The position numbers and the translations under genes were made by a program. The notes under the pieces were generated by a model. The model made no database searches and had not been told where the DNA came from. It worked only from the letters and a program-made list of their open reading frames with translations. 64,000 nucleotides of DNA, from the NCBI GenBank assembly GCA_964106645.2, contig OZ067039.1, one strand, 5' to 3'. Positions within the stretch are counted from its first letter, which is position 1; every line of letters starts with the position of its first letter. Below are positions 26,504-37,179 of this stretch, piece by piece. The DNA comes from Podarcis pityusensis. Its lineage: Eukaryota.

Positions 26504-26910
26504 GAGCATTGCTGCTGGGGGGGATTCTCTACTCCTGGCAGTTCCCTCATTTCAATGCACTCAGCTGGGGGCTCCGCGAAGATTACTCCAGAGGTGGCTA
26601 CTGCATGATGTCTGTCACCCACCCAGAAATGTGCAGGCGGGTGGCTCTGCGTCATTGCCTTGCCTTAATTGGACTTTCATCACTGGCTCCCATCCTTGAT
26701 GTCACCACGTGGACTTTCCCCATAATTTCTCTTCCCGTCAACCTGTACATTTCCTACCTCGGCTTTCGTTTCTACAGAGACGCTGACCGTGGCAGCTCCC
26801 GGAAGTTGTTTTTCTGCAGCTTGTGGCACTTGCCAATGCTCCTCTTGCTCATGCTGACTTGCAAGAAATCTTGGTACAAAAAGGACAACGAAAAGGAATC
26901 CTTGAGTTGA
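26504..26910 (+). CDS. COX10: COX10 last coding exon (human exon 7 equivalent)
   Basis: tttgcag acceptor (AG 26502-03), phase-compatible with the upstream exon (G|GA = Gly). Encodes [40 protein letters not shown]...[22 protein letters not shown], with TGA at 26908-26910. WQFPHF and DY..GG are COX10/CyoE hallmarks. Confidence 0.98.
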
Positions 26911-27891
26911 GGTCGCATCATGTTGGAAAACTCACGTTGCCTTTGTGATAACTATTGGCTTCAGAAGCTCCTATTCAAAATGGCATACGTATTTCAGTTA
27001 TCATGCAGCAGGGAGGTTTTCTGTTGATGTATTCAGAGAGAATATTTTGTGTCCAGTGAACACTCTCTGTGATTTTTTTCAAATTAAATAATTTGATTTG
27101 GGACACACACATGACTCTTGGATTTGATTTTCGAATGTGAGATCCTTTCGTTGACTATACAGAGATGATGCTAAGATGCATGTTATATCTTAATAGCATA
27201 CTGATGAAAGAACAAATCTCTATCTAATTCTTAAGGATGTATGGCAAGCCTGCTGAATCTAGTTCGGCAACAGTTCCCACAGGTGACTCATATGCATCTG
27301 CACTTTTCCACATCAGAACAGGAGGATTAGCTTAACAATATGCAAAAATCACTCTGCCCTACTTCTAGGAGTATATTCTCATTCTGTGGAAAGTGGAAGG
27401 GAGTAACAGTATTTGGAGCTGAAAGAAACCAGTAGGGAGTGTCATCCTCTCAGAGATGCTCTTAACCTATGAGGGTGCCAAATTTCCACCTTTATTTAAA
27501 CTTTTCCTGAATATGGTATAGACAGTTCATAAAGGAAAGATACAGAGAAGTTTGACTGGAGCCATTAAAAAGCTCTTAAAAAGGAAAAACAGCCATGACT
27601 ACTTGAGAGAGAGAATAATAAGGGGTACATATATAGTGTGTGCGTGCGTGTGTATGCGTGCATGCATGTATGTGTGTGTGCGCACACGCACACATGAAAC
27701 ATAAAACCCCCAATGTATGTTTAAAGGCAGACCACCATGCAGAAATACATTGCTTTCCCATCAGCCAGGTCTTTGCTCTGTACAAGCCCTCACCTCATCT
27801 CTGGTTACCAACTTAGAAGTCCTTTTGGCATTTAAGCGGATCATAAATAATAACCCTTAAAATAAAGAATGTTAGTACCTGGTAGGATTTG

Positions 27892-28054
27892 TAGTCAAAG
27901 CCATGGGGTTAGAAGGGCTCAACAGTTTGGGTAGCTCCAGGAATGACTCCCAGCACAAAAATCTGCCCATTGACTGGAAGTGTACAGCTCAATTCTTGGT
28001 TTTCTGACAATCGGCCTGCTTGACAGGAAACAAACTTATGCCCGGCAAATTTCC
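27892..28054 (+). repeat. ~165-bp diverged direct repeat, copy A
   Basis: Aligns colinearly with 29162-29321 at roughly 80% identity by eye. Confidence 0.9.
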
Positions 28055-29161
28055 ACCCCATCAGACCTCTGACAACTTTCATGCCATCCTACTTTCATAG
28101 CAGCCTTTTTGCTAGTAGGTTATGATTGCCATCCTCCATCCAGGAAGGAGCTATTTGTTGTCTGAATTTCCGTTTCCTAGAAGTGCCTCCGACTCTTATT
28201 TCCTGCAACACATCATCAAGCAACCCTGATGGAAATGGAAATACAGAGTGGATGGAATCAGCTCAGTCTGGCCACGGAGAAAACATTTTGAACCAATCTG
28301 AAACAAGGAAATAACCTTCAGGGTGTAACTACTGTGGCTGAACAACCACAGAAACAGAAGCTTGTTCACTTTATATGCCAATCTTGTTTATGGCTTCAAG
28401 ATGCTAGGTTAGTTGCGTATAGTTTATTGCATTCTTTTAACGCTAGCTTTTATATCATAGTTTTTCGTGTTTCCACTACTTTCAGAAAGAAAATTCAAAG
28501 CACAATGATTATCTTCCTTTCATCACATACACCCCACCAAATAATTTAAGTTCATTTGGAATGTGAAGGTTTATTGGAATATGTGTGAGATCAAGGTGCC
28601 TTTCTTGGAGATAGGGGGACCTAGCATAGAACAAGGACAAAACTGTTGTTATTTTACCTACTTGCATTGTTGTCTAATTGCAGGTAATGGAGAGTTACCA
28701 GAAAACATTTGGGATGTCTGAATGAACAATTTGTAGGTGAGAATTTTAGGTGAGAACTGAGGGCATCATGGCAATTAATTCACAATGCTACTCTGATCTA
28801 TATTTGCAAGAATGAGTTGAGGAGAACCTGCACAACCAATTTAACTGTCATATATACAGGTTGATCTACTTCCCCACGGATACATACACACACATCCTCA
28901 GAACACAATAATACTGTTAAAAGTACAATTCTGTATGTGTCTACTCAGAAGTAAGTCCTACTGAGTTCAGAACTTCCACACAATTCAGACTACTGCTGAA
29001 CAAGCTGTAGAAGAGGTCGTACAAAGAAGACAACTAATTTATTTGGCACGATTTCATGAATCCAGACCAAGCTCCCACTTAAATCAGTGGCCTGACTTGT
29101 CTATTTGCAATGGTTTCAATGGGACCAAAGTAGGCTGGATCTAAACTATTGTGTCCAAAAG

Positions 29162-29321
29162 GCAGTCAAATCCATGGGGTAAGGGCTCAAAGGTTTTGGG
29201 TAGGCCCAGGAGTGACTCCTAGCGCAAAATCTGCCCTTCACTGGAAGCATACAGCTCACCTCTTGTTTTTCTGACAACCAGCCTGCTTGAAAGGAAATAA
29301 ACTTCTGCCGGACTAATTCCC
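29162..29321 (+). repeat. ~165-bp diverged direct repeat, copy B
   Basis: Shares agtcaaa.ccatggggt, aagggctcaa, tgactcc, aatctgccc, actggaag..tacagctca, ttttctgacaa and gcctgcttga.aggaaa.aaactt with copy A. Confidence 0.9.
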
Positions 29322-29666
29322 ATTCTGCCAGTGTTAGATTCTGCTATAAATTCATAAGGAACAAGTTCTGGCTTCCAACTGCAATAAAAGTAGCCTAACT
29401 TAATGGATTATTTTAAGAATTGCTGAATAATGTATGTGAAGTACTCTCGACAATCTAAAATACTAAAGAAATAACATGCTAATACTGCAATCCTATGCTT
29501 ACTTGCTGAGATTAAGCTCTCAGTAGGGCTTGCTTCTAAGTAGTCTCCTTAAATGCAGGGGTTTCCAATGAAGAAAGAATGAATAACAGAAACACGGGTC
29601 CTCTCAAATACAACTAATTTCATTGTTCCAATATGGAGTTGTCTTGCTTGCACTATCAATTTTGCT

Positions 29667-29672
29667 AATAAA
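29667..29672 (+). terminator. Candidate COX10 polyadenylation signal
   Basis: AATAAA followed by a T/GT-rich stretch (tttccttggcctggttgtcttt). Alternative AATAAA at 27861 and 29383. Confidence 0.4.
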
Positions 29673-30647
29673 GCTTTCCTTGGCCTGGTTGTCTTTATGC
29701 TCATAGATTCCCATGAGATCAAGGTTGTGGGCAGGCAGGGGAAGCATAGGAAATACCACGCCGGATCAAAACATCATGTTATCCATTTTGGAACTGCAAC
29801 AGAGTTCTTCCTTTCTCTGTTTTAAAGTGTAGCCAGTGGTTGTGTGTGACTTTGTGCAACCTTCAATCCAGAGCGGGGTTTTTTTTCTGAATTTGAAAGG
29901 AGCTGTAGGATAATGGGCAATTGTTTCCATGACCCTTTTTCTTTCCCAGTAAACCATTAGAGATTGCCACCTGGCCAGTTTTTTTCTGCCACCTGATTGC
30001 TTTTCTAATACTGAATCGATGACAGTCAATGGACAGCTTCTAAATGTGCATATATTTATATTAATGAAATACCATAATGCACCAGTGGCTATTATTTTGT
30101 TTTCCTTAGGGGTAGGGGAAGACTCCTGATCACAGAAGTGAGAAAATGGGAAATTATTGATCTGATCTACCATTGCTTGAGGGCCTGTGGCTATTAATAT
30201 TCCCAGAAACTAGTTTTTGATGCCCAAAGCTGGGAACTCATGAAATCATGTGTTACCTGGCTCTCCCATGTTTTTCATCTTTTTAAATGATTCTAAACAA
30301 GGAAATGGAAGAGGTGGAGGTAGAATAAACGCACACCTTGCCCTAGTATCACCCAAGCATCATTTCTCATTGTAACAAATGTCCAGAACAGCAGCTGTGA
30401 TAGTCTGTTGCAGCGAAAACAACTGTGGTTTGTGGCAGGCTAATGACTTAATTGATTATGGCACAAGCATTGTGTGTACCAGAATATACACCTCTGTGAA
30501 TCTGATTGCTACGAACTCAGCCTCACAATTCATTTGAAGGGCATATGCGGTGGACAAGCCAGTTGCTCAAGACATCTCTTGGAGGTGGATTTAGGGCAGC
30601 ATGATCAGTTCCCCCACATAGGGCACTGAGCCAAGGCAATGCTTTCC

Positions 30648-30859
30648 TGCCTACTTCCCAAAGCCTAGAAAGCACTCAGCTCGGGTTGGAGACGTAACGG
30701 CTCTGGCAGGGTCCTAGAGTCCCCCTCCTTCCTTCTCAAAGCCTAGTTAGCACTTGCCCTGCTTTGGAAAGGATGAAGAAGGGCTCTAGGATCACGCTAG
30801 ATCCCTCATGCCTCCTTCCCATAGCCCAGTGCCTTGTTTACTCGGCTTTGGGAAAGCAG
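30648..30859. repeat. Long imperfect inverted repeat (probable palindromic MITE core)
   Basis: Arms 30648-30742 and 30761-30859. ttcccaaagcc/ggctttgggaa, tcctagag/ctctagga and caaagc/gctttg pair in register around an 18-nt loop. Confidence 0.8.
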
Positions 30860-31099
30860 TGTAAGCAGTGTGAAGGCTGGGAGGAGGCATCAAATTTGGG
30901 TCCCACTTGGGGCACCATATTACCATTTCTCTTGCCTGTTTTCTTTTGAAGAAGACATTCCTCGTTTTGTTTTGTTTTTTGAAGGAAGGTCAAGATGTGG
31001 ACACTGCAAGAATGACTTAACACTTTGCTGGGGCGGTTCCACCGGGTTTGGTTTTCATTTATTTGAAAGGATGCATGTTTTCAACAGAACAAGGCATCA

Positions 31100-31770
31100 A
31101 GACGGATGTGAGGCAATCATCCTCCAAAATGTTCCCAACTAGAAGACGGGATTGCACTGGAAGCAAGGGAAATGGTTACAAGAGGAGATCAAACATTAAG
31201 TGATCTGGATTTATTTAAGTTAACTTGGGAGCAGCGGGGTATTATGTCTTACAGTGGAAAATAATAAAATGAAACTCAACAAAGAAAAGCATTAAGCATG
31301 ACACATTGGAAAGAAATGGCAAATGTATAATTACCAAACTGGGGAGACGATTGTCTGGGCTCCAGCATTACCGAGAAGGAATAAGAAGGAATGAGAGTCT
31401 ATCTGAAGCTGAGCCAGCAACGTAGCATTTCTTACAAGACAACAGACACTACTTGAAGCTGTATTAACAGCATCTTCAGCCTGCCAGACGGGAGGGGGTA
31501 ATAGTCTTGTTTTATTTGGCACTAAGTAGGTCTCCAGTGCAGTATTGTGTCCAGTTGTGGTCACCACTTTTAAAGATGGATTAGACTAAACTGAAAACGA
31601 TTCTGAGGGAAGCAACAAAACTGACACTTTGGAATGCATGACACAGGAGGGGGGGAACTGTAGAAACTTGTCGCAGTTAGTTAGCCTAGAGGAAAGAAGG
31701 GTGGATGGAAAGAAATGATAGCAGCTCTCGGGTATCTAGACATGCAGGGAAGGAAAACCTGGAGCAGCTC
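31100..31770 (+). mobile_element. Ancient CR1 LINE fragment (continues at 32575-32740)
   Basis: Colinear with the young CR1 at ~3650-4270, e.g. gcagtattgtgtccagttgtggtcaccac vs gagtactgtgtccagttctgggcaccac, and ttagcctagaggaaagaag vs ttagcctggagaagaggag. Confidence 0.75.
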
Positions 31771-31931
31771 CTCCCCAAAGGCCCACTTCTCACTGAAGTG
31801 GTAAGCCAACATCTGCGTTGCCCTGCTTCGAATTGCAGGTGAGGACTGACAGTTTGCCAGTGGTATAGTGGCATCACGCACAGTGTAACCCAGATCCATG
31901 TTCTGGCAGGTGCATGCCTTTCTGTCTCTTT

Positions 31932-32325
31932 GGAGAAGGAGTGTCACTCTGTTGTAGAGCACCTGCTCTGCATGAAAAAAATGTTATTGGCAGCTCCATT
32001 TAGAGCTGGGGAAAACTTCGGACTGAAGAGACACTGCTAGTTGGTGTAGAGTAGACAATAATGGGCTAGATCAGGCATGTCCAAAGTCCATTTTGGGGGC
32101 CTAATTCAGCCTGCTGGTCAGTTTAATCCAGCCCCTGTGGCAGTTAATTTCCTGGGGTAAAATCCTAAAAAAAACCCTCAACAACTTCACTCCTAAAAAA
32201 AGGTTAACAACTTTGGTCGGCCCTCACAGCCCTTCACTTCATCATATCTGGCCCTCTTTGGAAAAGGTTTGGACACCACTGGGCTAGATAGACCAATGAA
32301 TTGACCTGTTATAAGGCAGCTGTGT
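31932..32325 (+). mobile_element. Squam3-like tRNA-derived SINE, interrupted by a hAT MITE
   Basis: ggagaagg...gtagagcacctgctctgcatg head and gtagacaataatgggctagat|agaccaatg...ataaggcagct tail fit Squam3 as I recall it. Confidence 0.65.
32072..32281. mobile_element. hAT (Charlie-like) MITE
   Basis: Perfect 8-bp TSD ggctagat (32064-71, 32282-89). Imperfect TIRs caggcatgtccaaa / tttggacaccactg. Confidence 0.9.
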
Positions 32326-32439
32326 TTCATAACTGCATACTTCTCCAATTGCATACTTCTCCAGAAAACTAGATGTCAAAGAGAAATCTTCTAGAATATC
32401 CTTCTGCCCAACATACTAGTTTTCTATGAGTAGAAAACT

Positions 32440-32441
32440 TT

Positions 32442-32502
<61 letters not shown>
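32440..32502. repeat. (TTTC)n microsatellite
   Basis: Read directly from sequence. Confidence 0.95.
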
Positions 32503-32504
<2 letters not shown>

Positions 32505-32574
32505 ACTCAAGTGGCACTGTCAAGACACAGGTTTAAAACCTCAGGGAAACAAGGACATGAGGGAAGCACTGAAA

Positions 32575-32740
32575 GGACAAGAGGCATCAAATTAAACTTT
32601 CAGCAGAGCTGAAATCAGGTGAATACCTTCCTAACTGTAAGAAGCGGGCCACAGAATAAGTTGACTGTGGAAGTTGGGCAATCTGTTTCTGGAGACTTTT
32701 AAAGGGAGGCTTCATGAGGTCAGATCTTGTGGTTCTATGC
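32575..32740 (+). mobile_element. Ancient CR1 3' fragment
   Basis: ttcctaactgtaagaagc vs young CR1 ttcctgacagtaagagc; ctggagacttttaaagggaggctt vs ttggaggtctttaagcagaggctt; ends in ttctatg. Confidence 0.6.
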
Positions 32741-32892
32741 ATTGGCATTCTTATATATCCCCCAGGGAAAATGACACATTGCTAGGCTTTCAAATTAAGA
32801 GCTCGTTCCAATGCCCTGTTTCTTTCTTGCCACCTAGTTATGGCTAGAAAAAAACTTTTGCCCAAAGCACACCAATTTATATAACATAGGTA

Positions 32893-32968
32893 TAGATGAT
32901 AGATGATAGATAGATAGATAAATAAATAGATAGATAGATAGATGATAGATAGATAGATAGATAGATAG
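32893..32968. repeat. (GATA)n microsatellite
   Basis: Read directly from sequence. Confidence 0.95.
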
Positions 32969-34363
32969 CCTTTCTCCCAAATTGGACTTACGACATTTAA
33001 AATAATTAAATGCACAGGACTAAAAACAAACTAGTTAAAAACAATAGATTTGTTGATGTTGATGTTTTGAAGGTAACATGCTGGTCTTGCAGGGAGGGAT
33101 TTTAAATGAAACATTTAAGTGAGCAAGTTTCCATTCATCAGAGGGCTGTGAATGGTTTCCCTGGCCCACTTCAAAAGACCGGGGCAGTGTGTCCGCTGGG
33201 GTACAACTCATTCAGGGGCACTACAGGAGATGTGAAAACATCTGCTCAAGTCAGGCCGGCGTCTTTCAGGACTGTTTTCCCCTTGCTAATAATTGTCTGT
33301 GTTCTGTCATCTAGAAAGGGGACTTTGTATGTTGTCTCCCAGGTATTCTAATGCTAATTTGTTTAGTTAAAAAGAGAGGAGGCTAAACAGATGTGAGCCA
33401 TTTGGTTAGGTTGTAGTTCATTTGTTAGAAAGTGCAAAGGCTTCTTGGGAGGATATTAAATATTACCTTAGCTATTCATGAACACTTCATATTTCAAGAG
33501 AGGGAGGGCGGCAGGGATTGCACTCAATAAATCAAGCTTTTTTTAAAAAAAAAAAAGAATGATGGAAAAAAGCAAACATTTGATAAATCTATGTCATTAT
33601 GCCTGCAGATCAAAGGGCTTTACATATGTATTTATGCAAGTGGCAACCTAGGAGACAATAATAACAAACATAGATCTTCGGCGGCTTTGTGAAAATAAAA
33701 ATTAGCCTGTTCTAATCTGTAATTATCTGGGAAATGTGCAAGGCAGGAGGTTGCTGGCTGCAGGAGTGTTTCAACTTGGTAAAACCAAAGGGATGAAACG
33801 GCTTCCATTCAGTTACCAAATCCCAGGAAACACTGAAACTGGCAAATGTTGCTAAGCACAGTGCATATAGTTTGGGGTAGTTAGATGTCTGTCACTACTA
33901 GTATTTTTGAGCAAAATATAAATGGGGCTGGTTTAATAAATAGGAAATCAAATGTGCTCTTAGGATATTTGCATATATAACATAATCAGGCCGGAATCTT
34001 ATGCCCATTTACCTGAGATTGTCCAGTGTTTATTATTCCTACACAGACATGCAAAAATAGCCAGCTCTAAGTCCCTCTCTTGAGTTTTGTGTGGTGTTGA
34101 TGTGAGATAGAAATCAGAAGAGAGTCATTTTTTAATCAGTTGTACTCCATGAGCCGGGTTTGCATTCCACGTGATTTTAAGCAACAGCAACAACAGGCTT
34201 CAGATGTTAAAGTACTTCTCAATTATGCCTGTAGAATCTTCTCAATCTTAGGCTTTACAGCAGCCTTCCTAAATCTGGTGCCTTCAAAATTCCATTGGCA
34301 CCATATATATATTTAGCACATTTGGGCTAGCTGATACTGATGGGAGTTATAGTCCAAGAACAT

Positions 34364-34859
34364 TGGATCTTAGACTGGATCCTCAGGTACAGGCACCAGC
34401 TGAGTCTACTCTGGCTCCTGAAGTGATGGAGGACCCATTGCCTGCAGGTGCTCCACTCTCAGCCCCGTCAGGGGAAGCTGAGGTTGCCTCGGGGTCCGGT
34501 AACCCTCCAGCCTCTCCTGTGCTGCAGAGGCTCAGGGCAGAGAGGCGGAGGGAACTAAGTTCCCGCAGGAGGAGTGCTCACCTCCAGGCCAGGAGAGGTG
34601 AGTCACCTGTGGACCAGGGCCGCCCTATGCCTCGGGGCAGATAAAAGCCAGCCAGCCCCAGTTCCAGGTTGCGGGAGCAACGTTGTTGGTAGCCTGTTCC
34701 TGCCTGCACCCTGTCCTGCTCTTCTGCCAGAGTTCCTGACCTCACCCGACTCCCTTCCTTGGACCCAGCTTCAGCTTTGACAGACAGCCTCCATACCGCA
34801 CCCTCAACCTCGGACTGGACTCGGACCACGCCGCACGGTTAACCCTCGGGACCAGCACA
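34364..34859 (+). mobile_element. LTR-like element (probable Gypsy-type solo or partial LTR)
   Basis: Abrupt ~500-bp GC-rich island in AT-rich DNA. TATA-like gataaaa at ~34640, pyrimidine-rich R/U5-like region, and an end in ...accagcaCA. The left side abuts a truncated hAT MITE (34260-34362). No TSD found. Confidence 0.55.
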
Positions 34860-35014
34860 GTTGCTTTTCATTATGATCCTATGCAAATCAGAAGTCCCAC
34901 AAATTTAAGTAAATATAACAATGGCAGTTTGATCCTCCACTTGTTGACTTGGAAGCGACTCTCACCATTTTATATCTTCTCGTAATCAATGAGCTTCCTT
35001 CCTCAATTCTAGAA

Positions 35015-35147
35015 AAATCATAGAAGGGACCACAAGGGTCAGCTAGTCCAACCCTCTGCAACGCAGGACTCTTTTGCCCAACATGGGGCTCGAACCCACG
35101 ACTCTGAAATGAAGAATCTCGTGCTCTACCAACTGAGCTAAGTCCCC
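35015..35147 (-). mobile_element. tRNA-Lys-derived SINE with CR1-like 3' tail
   Basis: Minus strand reads tagctcagttggtagagcacgagattcttcatttcagagtcgtgggttcgagccccatgttgggc (tRNA-Lys-CTT-like, with A and B boxes), then gcagagggttggactagctgacccttgtggtcccttctatgat, homologous to the CR1 tail at 4490-4560. Confidence 0.9.
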
Positions 35148-36514
35148 ATAACTTGTGATGCATTGGTTCCAGTGTAAATAGTTAATGAATGCGGAAAAGA
35201 TCCATCAGTTTGATTGGCCCAAACTTTAAAAGTTCATAAAAGGGCATTGTTCTCTCTGTCTGTCTGGCTAGAGTGAACACACTGTGTATTTGTGCTCTAA
35301 AAAGAGAAATGGAAGTGAAGGACTTTATTTATTTATTTATTTACTTTTCTTCCTTGTTTGACGCAACCACAATTGTTCTCTGTGTCTTTCCATTCCCCAG
35401 CACTGTTTCAGATATTCCAGCCATTTGATTTCTACCTCTTCCCTCGAGCAATGTCCACACTCCATCCATCTCACTAAAAAATAAAAAAAATAAAAAGTTA
35501 TTTGACATCCAGCCCACATTTTTTCTTGACTCAACTCTATCATGTCACTCCTACTCATCTCTCCTTGGAGCACTGGAAAACACTCCTCCCCATTCAAGCC
35601 AAATGGCCTTGAGCCAGCAAAGAACGGTGTTTGCAGAAAGAGGGATTAAAACTTTAGGGGCAGGTCAGGGCAAAAAAAAAAGTATAATGGCTTCCGGTTT
35701 CTTGGGAGAAGAAATGGAGCTGACTGGGTGTTTATGACGGAGAATAAGAGTACACCCCGAACCCACTCAGCCAATGAAACCCAAAGGAGGGAGTTGTGTT
35801 ACAGCATGAAAATGATTCCCTTTGGCTGAAGATGGCAACATTTCAAAATGAAGTTAGGCCTGATTTACACATTACAGACATAAGACTATGGAGACTGCTT
35901 GAAATTGCTCCACTACTTGGCTGATACAACCACAGAGTTGAAGGAAAGATTAAACTGACAAACACCCTGAACTTCTGATATGAAACTAAAAGCCGCAAGT
36001 GGTGTGGAATGGCCACAAAAATGGAGAAACAAATCCACTCTATCCATGCATCTCTATGATGCCCACTTATTTCTGCTCCCCACTCAAAAGGACCACATTG
36101 CAATGTGCATTGGAACTGGGACCTGTTGGTCACAAAGGAGAAAGCTTTTTGTATTCAATTTCCATACATCAGTTCAAATGTCCAAAAGGAGTTCTAATGC
36201 TATGATGAAAATGGAGTATTACAGCCCACTGATTCAATCCAGGACAACAGCCACATAGAAGCCGAAACATAGATATCAGCCCTTGTTCTACCAGAATCAG
36301 AGCAAATGTTACTCTGTTTTTAAGCAAACACAGGGCTAGGACAGCTCATTTTGAAAGGGAATTAGTTTCATTTCCATTTCATGCCCTCCAAAAGGAAATT
36401 CAGTCCAGTTCAAGTTTGCCTCCTTCAAAAAAGAACTAATTCGATTTGAGTTCAATTCGCAATTCATTAATGCGGTACTCGGCATTTTCTCCAGCTAAAG
36501 TTTAATATATAGTT

Positions 36515-36939
36515 TGTTTTTTTAATACATTTTTATTAATTTTAACATACAAATTATAAAATGTACCACACCAATTATTACAAATACACTTTTTTGGGAC
36601 TTCCATCAGCACCTCCGATGATCTTCCGTCTTAACCTCTTTTTACGCATTACTTAATTTTATATTGTCTTTACCTCTCTTAACTTATCATCTCCCCTTTT
36701 CCATTTTTACAATATTTCCAACAATACTCCTCACAGAACTTCTTGCAAACCTACAAACGTCGTCTGATCATCACAAATACTTTTCATATAGTTCATAAAT
36801 TTACTCCAGTCTTCGGTAAATTTCTGGTCCCACCGGTTTCGAATCCTCCCTGTTAATTTGTCTAATTCTGCATAGTCCATCAACTTCATCCTCCATTCTT
36901 CAATCGTTGGCAATTATTCTTGCTTCCATTTCTGGGCTA
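36515..36939 (-). mobile_element. 5'-truncated L1-clade LINE
   Basis: Minus-strand ORF remnant IAQKWKQE-LPTIEEWRMKLMDYAELDKLT..F..DW.KF (L1 ORF2 C-terminus) and an A-rich tail. 19-bp TSD taaagtttaa(t/a)atatagtt at 36496-36514 and 36940-36958. Confidence 0.88.
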
Positions 36940-37132
36940 TAAAGTTTAAAATATAGTTAAGCAAACTAAGAAAGCATCTGAACGCACATGGAGTGTAATG
37001 TGAACAATGTTGTCATTTATTTTCCCAGTGATTGTACTCTTTAAGCTTAAACAGCAGCATCAGGTCTCAGATACTGTAGGTACAAATAGTAGGCACAGTG
37101 GCTGCAGTCAAACACAAGAGTTAAGTGTGATG

Positions 37133-37136
<4 letters not shown>

Positions 37137-37178
<42 letters not shown>
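37137..37178. repeat. (GT)n microsatellite
   Basis: Read directly from sequence. Confidence 0.95.

Positions 37179-37179
<1 letters not shown>

Noticed and set aside
35070-35147. tRNA-Lys-like sequence
   Set aside because: Anticodon arm and acceptor stem are degenerate and the sequence is fused to a CR1 tail, so it is a SINE, not a tRNA gene.
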